A stretch of 64,000 nt of DNA from Tetramitus jugosus (Eukaryota > Protista > Heterolobosea). Location of the stretch: the NCBI GenBank assembly GCA_937625935.1, contig OW569392.1, positions 62,001 to 126,000 of the forward strand, in the 5' to 3' direction. Position 1 is the stretch's first letter. Every line of letters starts with the position of its first letter. Positions 51,352-62,724 of the stretch are shown here, in pieces. The position numbers and the translations under genes were made by a program. Below the pieces are notes generated by a model that saw only the letters and a program-made list of their open reading frames with translations, was not told the origin of the DNA and did not search any database.

Positions 51352-52764
51352 ATGAACGACAAAAAACTTGGTGAACACAACGATGACGACGCTGGAACTA
51401 CAAATGAGGATGCACAAGGGAACAACTTATTACTGAAGGTTGGTTGTTGCATGCAAATGGATCAAGATGACATTATTGGTCACATGTTTCAATTCATGAG
51501 TCAATATGAGCTGTTGACTACAATGTGTCTCGTGAGTCATCAATGGTACAATCTGGTGTATCATTGCATGAGAACGTTCAAAGTTTCACCTGATAATGTC
51601 AAGTTTGAGAAGCGGTGGTTGTTGAGCTTGCAGAGATTGTTGGATGCGGATCAATTGGGTCGTTTTCCCAATTTGAGGTGCCTCATGTTGAATAAGATGA
51701 GACAGGGAGTGCCTCATATTATGCAAATGATTTCAGAGTCGGTTCCTGGCTTGGAATCACTGAGTATTACAAGTTGTAAATTTGTCAAGGAGATTGTAAT
51801 TGATGAAACGGTGCAGTTTTATCAATTGAAATCATTGAATGTTACGCTGTGCCCAATCAATTCATTTTCATTGATTGATGAGAAGCATGCCATGACACGG
51901 ACAATGACAAAGTTGAATGTGAGTCATACGAACCTGGATGATGATTTTTGTGAGAATGTTCTGCCTCATTTTGTACATTTGAAAAGCTTGACGATGAAGT
52001 CGTGCTTAAGTTTACGAAGTCCTCATTTTAAGAACCCGACCATAACAAAGCTCAATCTGAGGCAGTGCAATCAAATTCGAGAATTCAAGAATAATATGAG
52101 CGAATTGAGCGGTACATTGGTTCATTTGAATCTGAGTTTTTGTACGGGATTGAATGGGCGATCCGTGGGGCGTCTCCTGTCAACTGTTGGTCATTCGTTA
52201 CACTATTTGGAGATGCGAATGATTATTCACTTGTTTGCAGGACCAGAAGAAGAGGAACAGGATGTTGAAGAGAGTCGTGTGGTTACCGAACGAATCTTCT
52301 CATGCCCCATACCATTGGACAAGCTGCGGCACTTGTATGTCAACTGGTCAAAGATTACAGATAAGGACTTGACCAATATGCTGCACTGTTGTCCAAATTT
52401 AATTACATTGGAACTGGCATACTCTGAACACTTGATCAATCCAACAATTGTTCACTCTCAACTCGAGTGCTTGTACTTGGATTACTGCACGAACCTCCGT
52501 ACAGCTGAAATTATTTGTCCAAACTTGCACAAGTTGAACATTGCTTGCACCGATATCAAGAAGGAGAGTCTAGCTCAGGCACTGCTCTTCCCTCTAAAGA
52601 CCAACAAACTACAAAAGGTGGCAATGAATGCATTCAATATTCTGCCAACCATACAGGAGATGAACGAGCAAAGTGAGGACCCAACAGATCCTGTTCTGTT
52701 GGAAACACGATTCTCAAAGCTCAGTCTCACTCTGCGAAGGGTATTGAGACCAGGAATATCCTGA
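51352..52764 (+). CDS. F-box/LRR-repeat protein
   Basis: F-box MDQDDIIGHMFQFM...LLTTMCLVSHQWYNLV, followed by Cys-containing LRRs (LESLSITSC, LKSLTMKSC, LVHLNLSFC, CPNLITLEL, CPNLHKLNIACT). Confidence 0.85.
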   Translation: MNDKKLGEHNDDDAGTTNEDAQGNNLLLKVGCCMQMDQDDIIGHMFQFMSQYELLTTMCLVSHQWYNLVYHCMRTFKVSPDNVKFEKRWLLSLQRLLDADQLGRFPNLRCLMLNKMRQGVPHIMQMISESVPGLESLSITSCKFVKEIVIDETVQFYQLKSLNVTLCPINSFSLIDEKHAMTRTMTKLNVSHTNLDDDFCENVLPHFVHLKSLTMKSCLSLRSPHFKNPTITKLNLRQCNQIREFKNNMSELSGTLVHLNLSFCTGLNGRSVGRLLSTVGHSLHYLEMRMIIHLFAGPEEEEQDVEESRVVTERIFSCPIPLDKLRHLYVNWSKITDKDLTNMLHCCPNLITLELAYSEHLINPTIVHSQLECLYLDYCTNLRTAEIICPNLHKLNIACTDIKKESLAQALLFPLKTNKLQKVAMNAFNILPTIQEMNEQSEDPTDPVLLETRFSKLSLTLRRVLRPGIS

Positions 52765-52993
52765 ATGAAAAACTGAGCGACGGAGCACGATTTCTCGCCC
52801 AATCTCACTGATTCCGTAAACGCATCTCCGACAACTACGAGAATAGCACCGACATCGCCCAATCTCAATCAAAATGCTCTTTTTGCAAATGAATTTGATT
52901 GCGTTGGTGTTGATGAAAAAGCTTTGTTGCAATCATCACACAAAAAAAACACACGCAACAACACTAACAACACCAACAAAAAACAACAAACAC

Positions 52994-54115
52994 ATGACCA
53001 CTCTAACACTCACACAACAAAAAGAGCTTCAACAACAATTACTCAAAAAACAATTACCAGACGTGTTACATGGCAATCAATATGACCTTGATACATACTG
53101 GGGCCGTGTGCGTCATTTTGCTAATGTGACTGACATGAGAACATTGTTTGTGACGGATGCTAAACTCAAGGAAGCCACCGCCAAAATTGACCAATACGAA
53201 AAGTATCGAACCGGTCAAATGACACCTGAAGAATCCTCCGCTTTTCTTTCCGCCTTTTCTCCGACTCCGACAACATTTACAGTGGACCCATCGACGGTTG
53301 ATTCGTCATCGTCGTCGCCAATGATCCAACAAATGTGGCAATACAAGAAGATTAAGGACTCTGTGCTACATCCTGACCTCCATGAAAAAATTTTGTTGCC
53401 CTTCCGTATGAGTGCTTTTGTTCCCATGAACATTGCCATTGTAGCTGGCATGTTGGGTGCACGGTCCATTGCAAGCACCACTTTTTGGCAAACATTGAAT
53501 CAATCGTTCAATGTGTGTGTCAATCACTCGAATCGTAACGCAAGTAACACGATGAGTAATCAACAATTGATTACCAATTATTTGGCAGCGGTGACTACTT
53601 CTGTTGGTACGGCTGTTGGTCTCAATGAATGGGTCAAACGGTCAAACTATAGTGAAAGTGTAAAGCAAGGATTGTTGCGTGTCGTTCCGTTCACTGCAGT
53701 CACCATTGCCAATATTTTCAATATTGGATTGATGAGGAGACAGGAGATGACTCTGGGTATTACGGTCAAGGATCACGAAGGAGTAGAGAGAGGAAAGAGT
53801 GCGATTGCAGGTAGGACAGCTGTTGCTCAGACGATTTTTAGTCGAGTGGTGCTCGTGATGCCAACCATGGTGTTCCAACCCATGTTGATTAATGCGTGTG
53901 AGAAGACGGCTCTGTTTAAAAAGTATCCCGTGTTGGTTCCGACAACTAATTTGATGAGTATTGCTCTGATGATTGGTGCTTGTTTGCCATTGTGCATTGG
54001 CATGTTTCCACAGATTAGTGCAATGGAAGCGGATCAAATGGAACCAATATTCCACAATTTGGTCGATTCCAAGGGCGACAAGGTAGAAAAGTTGTTTTAC
54101 AACAAGGGATTATAA
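52994..54115 (+). CDS. SFXN: Sideroflexin (mitochondrial amino-acid carrier, Mtc family)
   Basis: YDLDTYWGRVRHF, HPDLHEKILLPFRMSAFVPMN, FWQTLNQSFNVCVNHSNRNAS, VPFTAV..ANIFNIGLMR, FPQ and terminal FYNKGL. Confidence 0.95.
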   Translation: MTTLTLTQQKELQQQLLKKQLPDVLHGNQYDLDTYWGRVRHFANVTDMRTLFVTDAKLKEATAKIDQYEKYRTGQMTPEESSAFLSAFSPTPTTFTVDPSTVDSSSSSPMIQQMWQYKKIKDSVLHPDLHEKILLPFRMSAFVPMNIAIVAGMLGARSIASTTFWQTLNQSFNVCVNHSNRNASNTMSNQQLITNYLAAVTTSVGTAVGLNEWVKRSNYSESVKQGLLRVVPFTAVTIANIFNIGLMRRQEMTLGITVKDHEGVERGKSAIAGRTAVAQTIFSRVVLVMPTMVFQPMLINACEKTALFKKYPVLVPTTNLMSIALMIGACLPLCIGMFPQISAMEADQMEPIFHNLVDSKGDKVEKLFYNKGL

Positions 54116-54165
54116 AGAAAAACTTGCAGTTCGATTTATGAATATTAAGTGTGCATCATACATTG

Positions 54166-55257
54166 TTATTGAATGTCAACTGTTTGCATTTGACTGCGAT
54201 CAGACAGTTGAATGTTGCGCCAAACAACGTCAGCAATGGCAATGTCTTGAGCAGCCATTCCCACACACTTGAACATGGTGATATCGGAATCATAGTTGAC
54301 TCGAACAATGGACTTTGCGCTCTGTTCGTTCAGTTGACCCATATTGTCCAGTAGAATGTGCTGTCTTGTGATCAACCCTTGGTCCAGTGGGATATTGACA
54401 TCACCAGCCTCTTTCCACACACTCTCGGAATCATCTGCAACCATTCTGCTGCGTGCAACGAGATCAGAGTCAACTTCTTGCATATCGTGCTTGTAAGATC
54501 CAATACAGTTGATGTGTGCTCCAGACTTGACATTCTTGCCATCAAACAGAGGCTTGTTTGTGTTCGTGCAAGTGCAAAGGATATCAGCTGTACGAACAGC
54601 TTCATTCGCATCCCTCATGACACGAACGCGAATCACTCGCTTATTGTTGCTTGTCGTTGCACCATCACTCTCTTCAGAAGCGAATTGGAATGGAAGTTCC
54701 AAACTCTGACCAAAAGAATTTCCGACCAACTCGTTCAACAGTTGAACTGCTCTTGACTCTGATCGATTCCATAGAATCACTGTATCGATATTCTCACAAG
54801 TGAGACAACATGTCAACACGTGATACTTGCCTTGTTGACCACAGCCCAACACTGTCAAAACACTTGATTCCTTCCTGGCGAGGTACTTTGACGCAACGGC
54901 AGAGCAACACGCAGTTCGAATCGCTGTCGAATCCGTAGCATTGAACAAGAGCTTTGGTAAACCAGTTTCCGTGTTCATTAGCATGATCACAGCAGGCACA
55001 CTAGCTACTTTGTTCTCTGGACGAACACTTACTACCTTGATACCAATGCTTTGCTCTGTTGGTTCCTCGTGTGAGCTACGACCGTGATTCAGGATCGATG
55101 GCATGAAAATCGTAGGTCCATAAGCAGTGGCAAGAATATGCCGCTGCGGAGTAATTGTTTTCTTGGAATCGTAGAGGATCATGGCTTTTTCAATGGCTTC
55201 GATGGCTTGCTCCAGTGGAAGATTGGCCAATGTTTGGCTACCGTTGAGTGCAATCAT
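54166..55257 (-). CDS. Ornithine cyclodeaminase / mu-crystallin (ketimine reductase) family protein
   Basis: IFMPS, IGIKVVSV, TAIRTACCSAVASKYLA, VLGCGQQG, ADILCTCT, GAHINCIGS and ITMFKCVGMAAQDIA. Confidence 0.92.
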   Translation of the reverse strand: MIALNGSQTLANLPLEQAIEAIEKAMILYDSKKTITPQRHILATAYGPTIFMPSILNHGRSSHEEPTEQSIGIKVVSVRPENKVASVPAVIMLMNTETGLPKLLFNATDSTAIRTACCSAVASKYLARKESSVLTVLGCGQQGKYHVLTCCLTCENIDTVILWNRSESRAVQLLNELVGNSFGQSLELPFQFASEESDGATTSNNKRVIRVRVMRDANEAVRTADILCTCTNTNKPLFDGKNVKSGAHINCIGSYKHDMQEVDSDLVARSRMVADDSESVWKEAGDVNIPLDQGLITRQHILLDNMGQLNEQSAKSIVRVNYDSDITMFKCVGMAAQDIAIADVVWRNIQLSDRSQMQTVDIQ

Positions 55258-55351
55258 TTTTTGGGCAGAGTTGAGTTAGCTTTTTTGCTTTTTTGGTTTG
55301 CTTGTTTGTTGATTAGTTCGATGTTTGCTTGTTCTTGTTCAGAGTATGGGT

Positions 55352-57448
55352 TCAGAACCAGTCAGATCGGCTGGTAAAAGTTCGTGGGGAAATGAGTGGT
55401 GTGCTGCCAACAGATGCGGTAGAACTGCGGGTCTTTTGCGCAGCAGGTGTCACTACGGATTGGGGTGTCGTCTTTACATTGGAAGGTGGGGGAGACTCCT
55501 TGGTTATAATGGGCAACGAGTATCTTTGTCTGGCGGGGGATGCTCTAGGTTGATTGATACGGTAAGTGTCAACCTTATCGTGCAAGTGTCTCAGTCTTTC
55601 GCTCATGTCCTGCAATCGTTTTGTGGGTTCTACGAGGTATTGATTCATTTGAGACTCGAATACTTGGATGAGACTCTCCTTGAGTTCATTGTACTGTGAA
55701 GACCAATCATCGTCATCATTGCTCGTGGCTACGAAATTGGAATCAGATGGTAGTATTGGAGCGGTTGATGTTGATGAGTGAGGTAAACTGCTCACCATCG
55801 AAATCAGCTGTTCCAACTCTTCATTGAGAGCAGAGAGTCTATAATTTTCAACTTCAAGCTCTGTGTTTCGAGCTGAAACCACGTGATTGGATTTCATTTC
55901 TTGTTCATACAAACCTCTATACTGAGCAACACTGTTGTGCAACTCCATGTTCTCTTTTTTCACTTTGTCTAGCTCGGATCGCAGCATGGATTCCTCTGTG
56001 CTCTGTGTCTCTGCTTGTTTCTTGCTTGTCATTGACAATAAGCTACCTTGACGCTCCGACAATTCCTCCAACTGTCTCTGAACAGTCTCCAGTTGAGTTT
56101 TCAATTGAAATTCGATCGATTCAAGTGTAGGACTCGACCGAACATCAGCAGGCGACTCCACACTCTGCTCTTCGATATGATACTGAAGCAATAGTTTGTC
56201 TTGTTGTTGTTGCTCCATCACTGCATTCAATTGATTGACTATAAACGACAATGATTGGTGCACCTTGCTCTCCAACTGAATGACTTGAGATGTAATTTTA
56301 CCGGTTGTTTCCTCTTGTTTCTCCAACAGGTAAGTCTTTTCACTCTGTTTTACTCTTTCGACATGTTGAATCAAAGTAGTCAACTCTCTTGTCAACCGAT
56401 TGACTTCTCCCTTCAAAAAATCTGCTTGAAAAGCATAATGACTCTTCTGGCACTGCAAATCCGTAATATATTGCTTCACTTCCATCCAATGACTCTCCAT
56501 TCGCTGATTCAACTGCTTCAATTGACCATTTTCGCTGCATATCTTCCGGTACGTTGACCAAACACTCGATTCTTCGTCTTTTTCATCTGCTTCGTCTTCT
56601 ACTTCGCCATTTTGAGTCAAATTCGCTACAATTGCTCGATATTTTCTCATTTGAATATGATTTGTCATCCACTGATTTTTTAGCAACGCGATTTCATCCA
56701 ATAGTTCGCCCAAAATCGATCGATAATACTCTATCGTCTCTTCTCTCACTTCCACATGAGTCTTAATCATGTGAAACAGTTGATCCAACTCTTTTTTGAC
56801 CCATTTTTCACTCTTTTTCTTCGTATTCACCGTTAAATGATTCCATTGGTCTCTCTTTTCATCATGATTCGATATCATTGTCGAAGCATCAATTGCCTCA
56901 AGTTCATTTTCATCATTTTCATCGACATTAGTATTCATGATGACTCGTTCAATCAAATTTTGAACATTACACTGAAAACGAGACAAAATGGAATGAACAT
57001 ATGAGTTATTGGTATCATCCTTGTTTTTAGCTAATGACACTGGAGAAGAAGGAGAAGAAGAAGGAGAACCATTCAAAAGCTTTTGAGAGCTACTACTCTT
57101 GTGCAAGTTCATCTCTTGTAAAACAGATTGCCACCGATTGAGTTGAGCCGTTCCTGATATATACTCTTGTTCTTGCTCCTGTTCTTCATCTTCTTCTTCT
57201 TCTTGTTTTGCTGTGTTGCATTTTTGCTTCAAGCTTTTTGCCACTCCAGGAGAAGAGCTTTGCGACGATCGCCGTCGATTTTTAAAAGAAGAAAGCTTGA
57301 GAGCAGGTTGTTCTTTTGAACTACTGCCGTTTGGACCAAAAATTTTTTGTTTGAGCGTTACAAAGATCTGAACCAGAACAAAGACTGTAATGGACAGAAT
57401 GAGGCACACTGACAACAGTGATAACGATTCAGCAGAAGTCAGGTACAT
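55352..57448 (-). CDS. N-terminally membrane-anchored long coiled-coil protein
   Basis: Hydrophobic LSLLSVCLILSITVFVLVQIFV near the N-terminus, extended heptad-rich segments, and a Ser/Pro-rich tail. Confidence 0.7.
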   Translation of the reverse strand: MYLTSAESLSLLSVCLILSITVFVLVQIFVTLKQKIFGPNGSSSKEQPALKLSSFKNRRRSSQSSSPGVAKSLKQKCNTAKQEEEEDEEQEQEQEYISGTAQLNRWQSVLQEMNLHKSSSSQKLLNGSPSSSPSSPVSLAKNKDDTNNSYVHSILSRFQCNVQNLIERVIMNTNVDENDENELEAIDASTMISNHDEKRDQWNHLTVNTKKKSEKWVKKELDQLFHMIKTHVEVREETIEYYRSILGELLDEIALLKNQWMTNHIQMRKYRAIVANLTQNGEVEDEADEKDEESSVWSTYRKICSENGQLKQLNQRMESHWMEVKQYITDLQCQKSHYAFQADFLKGEVNRLTRELTTLIQHVERVKQSEKTYLLEKQEETTGKITSQVIQLESKVHQSLSFIVNQLNAVMEQQQQDKLLLQYHIEEQSVESPADVRSSPTLESIEFQLKTQLETVQRQLEELSERQGSLLSMTSKKQAETQSTEESMLRSELDKVKKENMELHNSVAQYRGLYEQEMKSNHVVSARNTELEVENYRLSALNEELEQLISMVSSLPHSSTSTAPILPSDSNFVATSNDDDDWSSQYNELKESLIQVFESQMNQYLVEPTKRLQDMSERLRHLHDKVDTYRINQPRASPARQRYSLPIITKESPPPSNVKTTPQSVVTPAAQKTRSSTASVGSTPLISPRTFTSRSDWF

Positions 57449-57856
57449 TACAATTTCTGATCAAAGACAGATGACAGGTCCTGTTGGTTGAGTGTGTCGA
57501 CTGCCGGGATGGTGTGTGTTGTTTCGTTTTTTTTCTGGGAGGTTGTCAACGCACAACCCAATCTTTGGTCCACACCCAAAAATGGATTCCATTGATAATT
57601 ACAGATATCGAAGAGGCCAATGCATATGGAGGAAGTGTGCTGGTTCTGATTATGTCCGCGATCATAACAGCGAAGAACGATAGGGTTTTTACAAGATGAA
57701 TAACTGTATTGGAATTCAACAGCTTCGAAACATCATGTTGATGTCATCTAACGACATGATCTACAATCATTCTTTCTGCTCGCCACACAAAAACATGGGG
57801 TGTCTGTCACTCTCGGCCTTCTTTTCTGAAGATATCGACCCATGAGAACCTTCTTG

Positions 57857-58384
57857 CTACCTTGAAAGTGGATACCAAGAGCGGCAACCAGAGTTGAAGA
57901 ATGGAAATCGATTGATCCAGAACACAACTTTTGTTCCATCATCGTTCAAGGAGTACTGCTGCTCCGGGTCATGATTAAAGTTGTGGTCAAAAACAGCTAC
58001 ATCTCTCCTGAACTGAACATTATTCATCACTTCCCCTACATATAGCTCATTGAAGTATTCGCCTTCGAATCGTACGACTGGTACCAGGTAATTCTCACAT
58101 TTAGTTAGAGAAACTGGCACGTATGATGTTGGTAGCTTACTCCATGGAAACACCCTTCCAAAGTTGGAATACTTCTTACAGGACTCATACGAACTGACAA
58201 CCCAGCATTGTTCCTCATAGTTGAATGTGTTGTTCCACAGGCTCAACCTTTCGTTGATTGCCTTGTATGTGTAGTGTCTAAGGAAGTCCATATCATTGAA
58301 CACTTGGCGATTTCCAGCTAACCTCAATTCTTTCATCGCAACCCGAATAAACACGTCTATCTCCTTGAGAGCTCTCCTGCTCAT
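57857..58384 (-). CDS. Hypothetical protein
   Basis: About 175-aa reading frame from MSRRALKEIDVF with globular, aromatic-rich composition. No family recognised. Confidence 0.45.
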   Translation of the reverse strand: MSRRALKEIDVFIRVAMKELRLAGNRQVFNDMDFLRHYTYKAINERLSLWNNTFNYEEQCWVVSSYESCKKYSNFGRVFPWSKLPTSYVPVSLTKCENYLVPVVRFEGEYFNELYVGEVMNNVQFRRDVAVFDHNFNHDPEQQYSLNDDGTKVVFWINRFPFFNSGCRSWYPLSR

Positions 58385-59149
58385 TATGAGCAGACACTCT
58401 GGGTGGAAGGAGTGACAAGTATATATCAGTGTGAGTATGATGGGATTGGAGAAAATCGGTAATGTTCGTGTACAATAGGACATCATTATCGATTGCTGCA
58501 ATAAAATCAATCTGGTGTTATGTTTAGAAACATAAAGAAATGGGTATAGTAGGGAATCTACCTTCTGTATTTGGGCACAGAATTAATTAGGCAGTTTCTG
58601 TTCGTCAAGATAATAATCAGAGGGGCAGGGTTTGGGAACTAAATCGGTGGCACCACCGCACTTGCAGCGCACATCGGGCAATGAATTTTTGCAGTGCTTA
58701 GGTTATGGTAGGTTTCATCCATGATAACCTATCTGATACACATGAGACATGAGAAGACATTTCGTACACAAAATTGATGATTTGAACATTGGAGTAATAG
58801 GTAATATTGCTGGTAGGTAGTATTGCAGCAAAAATGATGCCAGCAGTCGCTATAGCTAACGGAGTTGTTTCAGTTGCAGCAGTGGGTCCTGAGTAGTACC
58901 GCCGGCCACCAATAGGTTTCTCACGAGAATTAACACAGTTGCACGGAGGATTGAAGAACAGATCTGTTCGAGATCTTCCTTATCCTGCTTTTGTAAGACA
59001 CCGAAATCAGAAAGGCGATAAAAGCCTTTTTCTTCCAGAGCTGTTGTGTTGGGAAGGGTTCGACAGGCGATGAATTTCAAGTTGGAATAGTTGAAGAGCT
59101 AATTGGTCATTATGCACAATAATCGTGTGATGTTGCTTAACAGAGAAAC

Positions 59150-60283
59150 TTAGTTTGCTTTACTCTTGTTCTTATTGTTCTTCTTTTGATTGTTTTTCTT
59201 GTTGTTGTTGTTTTGGTTCTTCTTTGGAGAAACTGGTGCTTGATCCTCTGGTTGAGAATCAGTTTCACCACTGTCTGTAGACTCAATCACGATTGGTTTG
59301 ATCTCTTCTAGGATAGGTGAAGTGACAGAGATGACTTCTTGTTGTTGTTGCTCTTCTTGTTGAGCCGCTGGCTCATTCTGAGCATCTTCCAATTGTTGCT
59401 TGAGCTCTGCATTTTGCTGTTGGACACTATTGATTTGTGATTCCAACTGCTCCAATTGCTTCTTCGCATTGGACTCAGCCTCTGACCTTTCTTGTTCGTG
59501 CTTCTTCACCAATTGTTCCAGTTGATTCTTGTGTTGTTCTTGATTCCTTGTTGCTTCTTCTTGCAATTGTTCAATCTTTTGCTTCAATTGAGAAATGTGC
59601 TTGACAGATTCACTCTCAGTGCTTGTAGCCTTTGCCAATTCTTCAACCAATCGATTGATTTCATTGTTTCTCTCTTGAGATTTCTTCTTCTCTGCTTGCA
59701 ACTCATTTTCCAATCTAGAAATGGTGGCCACGTGCTCAGAAGCTTGCTTGCTTGAAGAGAGCAATGACTCATTCTCCTTTTCAAGTGATTCCTTGGCAGC
59801 TCTCAACTCTTTCAGTTGTGTGTTTGCTGTTTGTAGTTGTTGCTCCAATGATTGTTTGGCTTGTTGGACGAGATGCTCAGTTTGTGAGACACCTTCTTGA
59901 CTTTGCTTTTGTTCAGCCTCTAGTTGCTGCTCAAGCTCCTTGATTCTCTGTTGAAGCTTCTTTTCAACAGCTCCCACTTGTTCCTGTGCTTGCTTCAACA
60001 AATTCTGTAGTTCATTCTTGTCGGAGATATTTTGGCGCGAAACTTGTTCCTTGTTTTCGAGTTCCGACTTCAATCGCTCCAATTGCTGATTGAGCTCTTC
60101 GAGCAACAATTCATTGTTTGGTTCAACACTATTGGTTGAATCCTTTGATTGAGTCAATTGAACTCTCATCTCATCCATCTCCTTCTTCAATTGTCCATTG
60201 TTCAATACGCTCTTACCTAGAGCCAATGATGGAATGGCAATTGCAAGCATAATGGCAATGTTTTGAATAGTATCGCGATTCAT
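59150..60283 (-). CDS. Signal-anchored Q/E/K-rich coiled-coil protein
   Basis: N-terminal hydrophobic NIAIMLAIAIPSLALG, about 270 aa of heptad repeats, and a basic N/K tail. Confidence 0.75.
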   Translation of the reverse strand: MNRDTIQNIAIMLAIAIPSLALGKSVLNNGQLKKEMDEMRVQLTQSKDSTNSVEPNNELLLEELNQQLERLKSELENKEQVSRQNISDKNELQNLLKQAQEQVGAVEKKLQQRIKELEQQLEAEQKQSQEGVSQTEHLVQQAKQSLEQQLQTANTQLKELRAAKESLEKENESLLSSSKQASEHVATISRLENELQAEKKKSQERNNEINRLVEELAKATSTESESVKHISQLKQKIEQLQEEATRNQEQHKNQLEQLVKKHEQERSEAESNAKKQLEQLESQINSVQQQNAELKQQLEDAQNEPAAQQEEQQQQEVISVTSPILEEIKPIVIESTDSGETDSQPEDQAPVSPKKNQNNNNKKNNQKKNNKNKSKAN

Positions 60284-60760
60284 TTTTTGTTGTACAAGAG
60301 TTGATGTTTATCGTAGTGTTGTTGTTGTTTGTTGCTGGTTTGGTATTGATGCGTTTTTTTTGATCTTTTTTTGTGTCAAGCTTGACGGGAGAATCTTTTT
60401 TTTTGCGATGAATCGGAAAATACGCAACGGGAATATGTCGGCGGGTTAAACGTTCGGAAGATTCTATTCCTTTCTTCTTTCTTTTGGTGGTGAGACGATC
60501 TCATCTCTCAACAAGAATTCAAAAGCAGGTACCATTACATTTGTCAGTGACTAGATTCGACCTATTGATGCATTAATTTTCTTTCTTCAATTATAATCGA
60601 ACTGCAACGCGAGTAAGCCAAAACAGAGCGCAATGACAAATATATGATTCTCCGCACCCCACCACTGAAGCTTCCATGAATTTTTCGCACCCAATATCCT
60701 GTGTGGAGATTCAGATTTTTGACAGTAGCTATCAACTGACAAGAAACACAAACGAACAAC

Positions 60761-61678
60761 ATGACTGATCATCCTTTCATTTCTGAAGTGGGTGAACAAC
60801 AAGAGAAGCTTACCACCATGAAAGCTTTTTGTTCATCAACACAAGAGCCAACCACCACCACCACACCTAGCAAACCAATGGCAGTGTTAACCATGACCAA
60901 ATTTTCAGAGAAACGGTTTTACAAGTGCCCCTGTGGTTTTGGTGGTCTTCATCTCATGAGTGAAGCTCCAATGGGTGAAGAACAGACTTATAATCCATCA
61001 AAGGTTGAAGAGCTAGCCAATACGCTCACTCATTTCATTCCAGCTGTTTTGGCCATTTTTGTCATGATGCACATGATTTATGGCAGTATGGTTGCCAATA
61101 CGGCTCGTGAAATTTTTTCCACCTATGTCTACATTGGTTGTTGCACAGTTTTGTTCCTCGTGAGCTCAACTTATCATTTTTGTAGCTTTTTGTTTGGTTT
61201 TGAGAGCAAAATCACTCAATTCTGTCGCAAGTGCGACTATTCCATCATTTTTGCCTTTATTGCCAGTAGTTATACACCTTGGCTTCTTTGCTTGGATATC
61301 GGAGCGGAGAATATTGTGGGCCGTGTGGCCATTACAATTGTTTGGATGATTGCAGTGTTTGGTGTGGTAAAGCACTTGACTAACATGTTTCCTGATCAAA
61401 ATGTTCTCTTTTTGTATTTGGTCATGGGTTGGATCTCTGTGTTTTATGTTGCTATTCTGTTGTATCAAATGTATTTGGGTTACATGGTGACTCAACTCAA
61501 TATTCTGTGGTGTTTGATATGGGTCATGGGCGGAGGTGTTGTGTACTCTGCGGGAACGACTCTGTGGAAACTGGATGGAATTTTGCCGTTTGCTCACGCC
61601 ATTTGGCACTTGGCTGTTGTGGTGGCAGCTGGTATGCACATTTATGCAGTCAATCGGTATCTGATGATTTTGGAGTGA
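60761..61678 (+). CDS. PAQR / hemolysin-III family 7TM protein (MMD-like)
   Basis: CREST/PAQR motifs EELANTLTH, SSTYH, CDYSIIF.FIASSYTPW, LYLVMGW, GGVVYSAG and PFAHAIWH. Confidence 0.93.
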   Translation: MTDHPFISEVGEQQEKLTTMKAFCSSTQEPTTTTTPSKPMAVLTMTKFSEKRFYKCPCGFGGLHLMSEAPMGEEQTYNPSKVEELANTLTHFIPAVLAIFVMMHMIYGSMVANTAREIFSTYVYIGCCTVLFLVSSTYHFCSFLFGFESKITQFCRKCDYSIIFAFIASSYTPWLLCLDIGAENIVGRVAITIVWMIAVFGVVKHLTNMFPDQNVLFLYLVMGWISVFYVAILLYQMYLGYMVTQLNILWCLIWVMGGGVVYSAGTTLWKLDGILPFAHAIWHLAVVVAAGMHIYAVNRYLMILE

Positions 61679-62439
61679 ATTGGGATTGTCAATTGAATTG
61701 AACTGGCAAAATCATAAATGTTCTCCCAATCTGTGCGTTGACCAGAGGACATTACATTCAAACATAAATCTTATTTTGAGATATTGAAACTTTCGAAGAC
61801 ATGTTACAATTGGATTTAATGAACATAATTGGAAGTATTTTATCGATAACAGATTGGTTTTTCTGGACACTGTAAATTCAAGACTGCTGGTGGTCCATGA
61901 TGAGTATATTTGCTGCTGAATAATGGAGCACAAGTTAGTACAGTCTTGTCTGAATAATCATTGCTTAATAGCTATTTCTCAAGGAGAAACGATTATCTTG
62001 TGGACAAAACGCCAAAAAAGGTTGCGGAGACCACGCATATGAATATTATATTCTCTGTACTGAGCATCCATCCAAAAAGATAGTGTGTACGTCATTCAAA
62101 TAAGCAAAAGCATCACCTGTGGAAATGACTCATATCAAGTGTGTGAATGCCAGTCAAAAATTGAAAATGTGCATCAGCCACATATAGGTTGTCTTCAAAG
62201 CAGACATTAAACAATGTTCCTTTTGCCAATCAAAACCCATGTTCAATTTCTGTTTTTCTCGACATAACTATTTTTTAGTATCCTCTTGGTGGACATAAGA
62301 ATCCGATTGAATTTGAATTGATTAATTCCCTTGCAAGTGTAACTCAATTTACTTGTGCATAGAACCACTCCAGCTTTCTGTCAACCTTGTGGGGGTACTT
62401 TAGAAAACTGAAGTCCACCCACCTTGAAACCACCCACGC

Positions 62440-62487
62440 GCACCACGTTGCGGAACTTTTATTTGTCTTTTGTGTGAGAGCAGGCTT
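62440..62487 (+). repeat. 48-bp direct repeat, copy 1
   Basis: gcaccacgttgcggaacttttatttgtcttttgtgtgagagcaggctt is 46/48 identical to 63938-63985. Confidence 0.9.
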
Positions 62488-62724
62488 CTTGTTTCATCCC
62501 ATTTTTCATCAGCGCATCCATCCCATCATTCCCATGGAGGTACTCTGTGCTCGACTTCCTCATAGATTGACCTTTCTGGCGCGATTTTTTTTTTTTTTTT
62601 GTTCCATACAACCATGTGTGCTTGCGCAGCAAGCACACGATTGCTCATTTATTGACTTGTTTTGTGAGTGACGACCCGTAGGGCGTCATTCACTCTTCTT
62701 CTCTTGTTGTCCCCGACGGTGCAT

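Noticed and set aside
58856-59080. SAM-like fragment (LEEKGFYRLSDFGVLQKQDKEDLEQI)
   Set aside because: There is no ATG start, the fragment is very short, and the resemblance is too weak to support.
61700-62400. Cys-containing short frames next to the right-end element
   Set aside because: Frequent stops and no coherent domain.
62491-62560. Hammerhead-ribozyme-like core CUGAUGA...GAAAC on the minus strand
   Set aside because: I could not form stem II (aaaatgggat) or stems I/III with a correctly placed NUH site. An Infernal search with hammerhead models would settle it.
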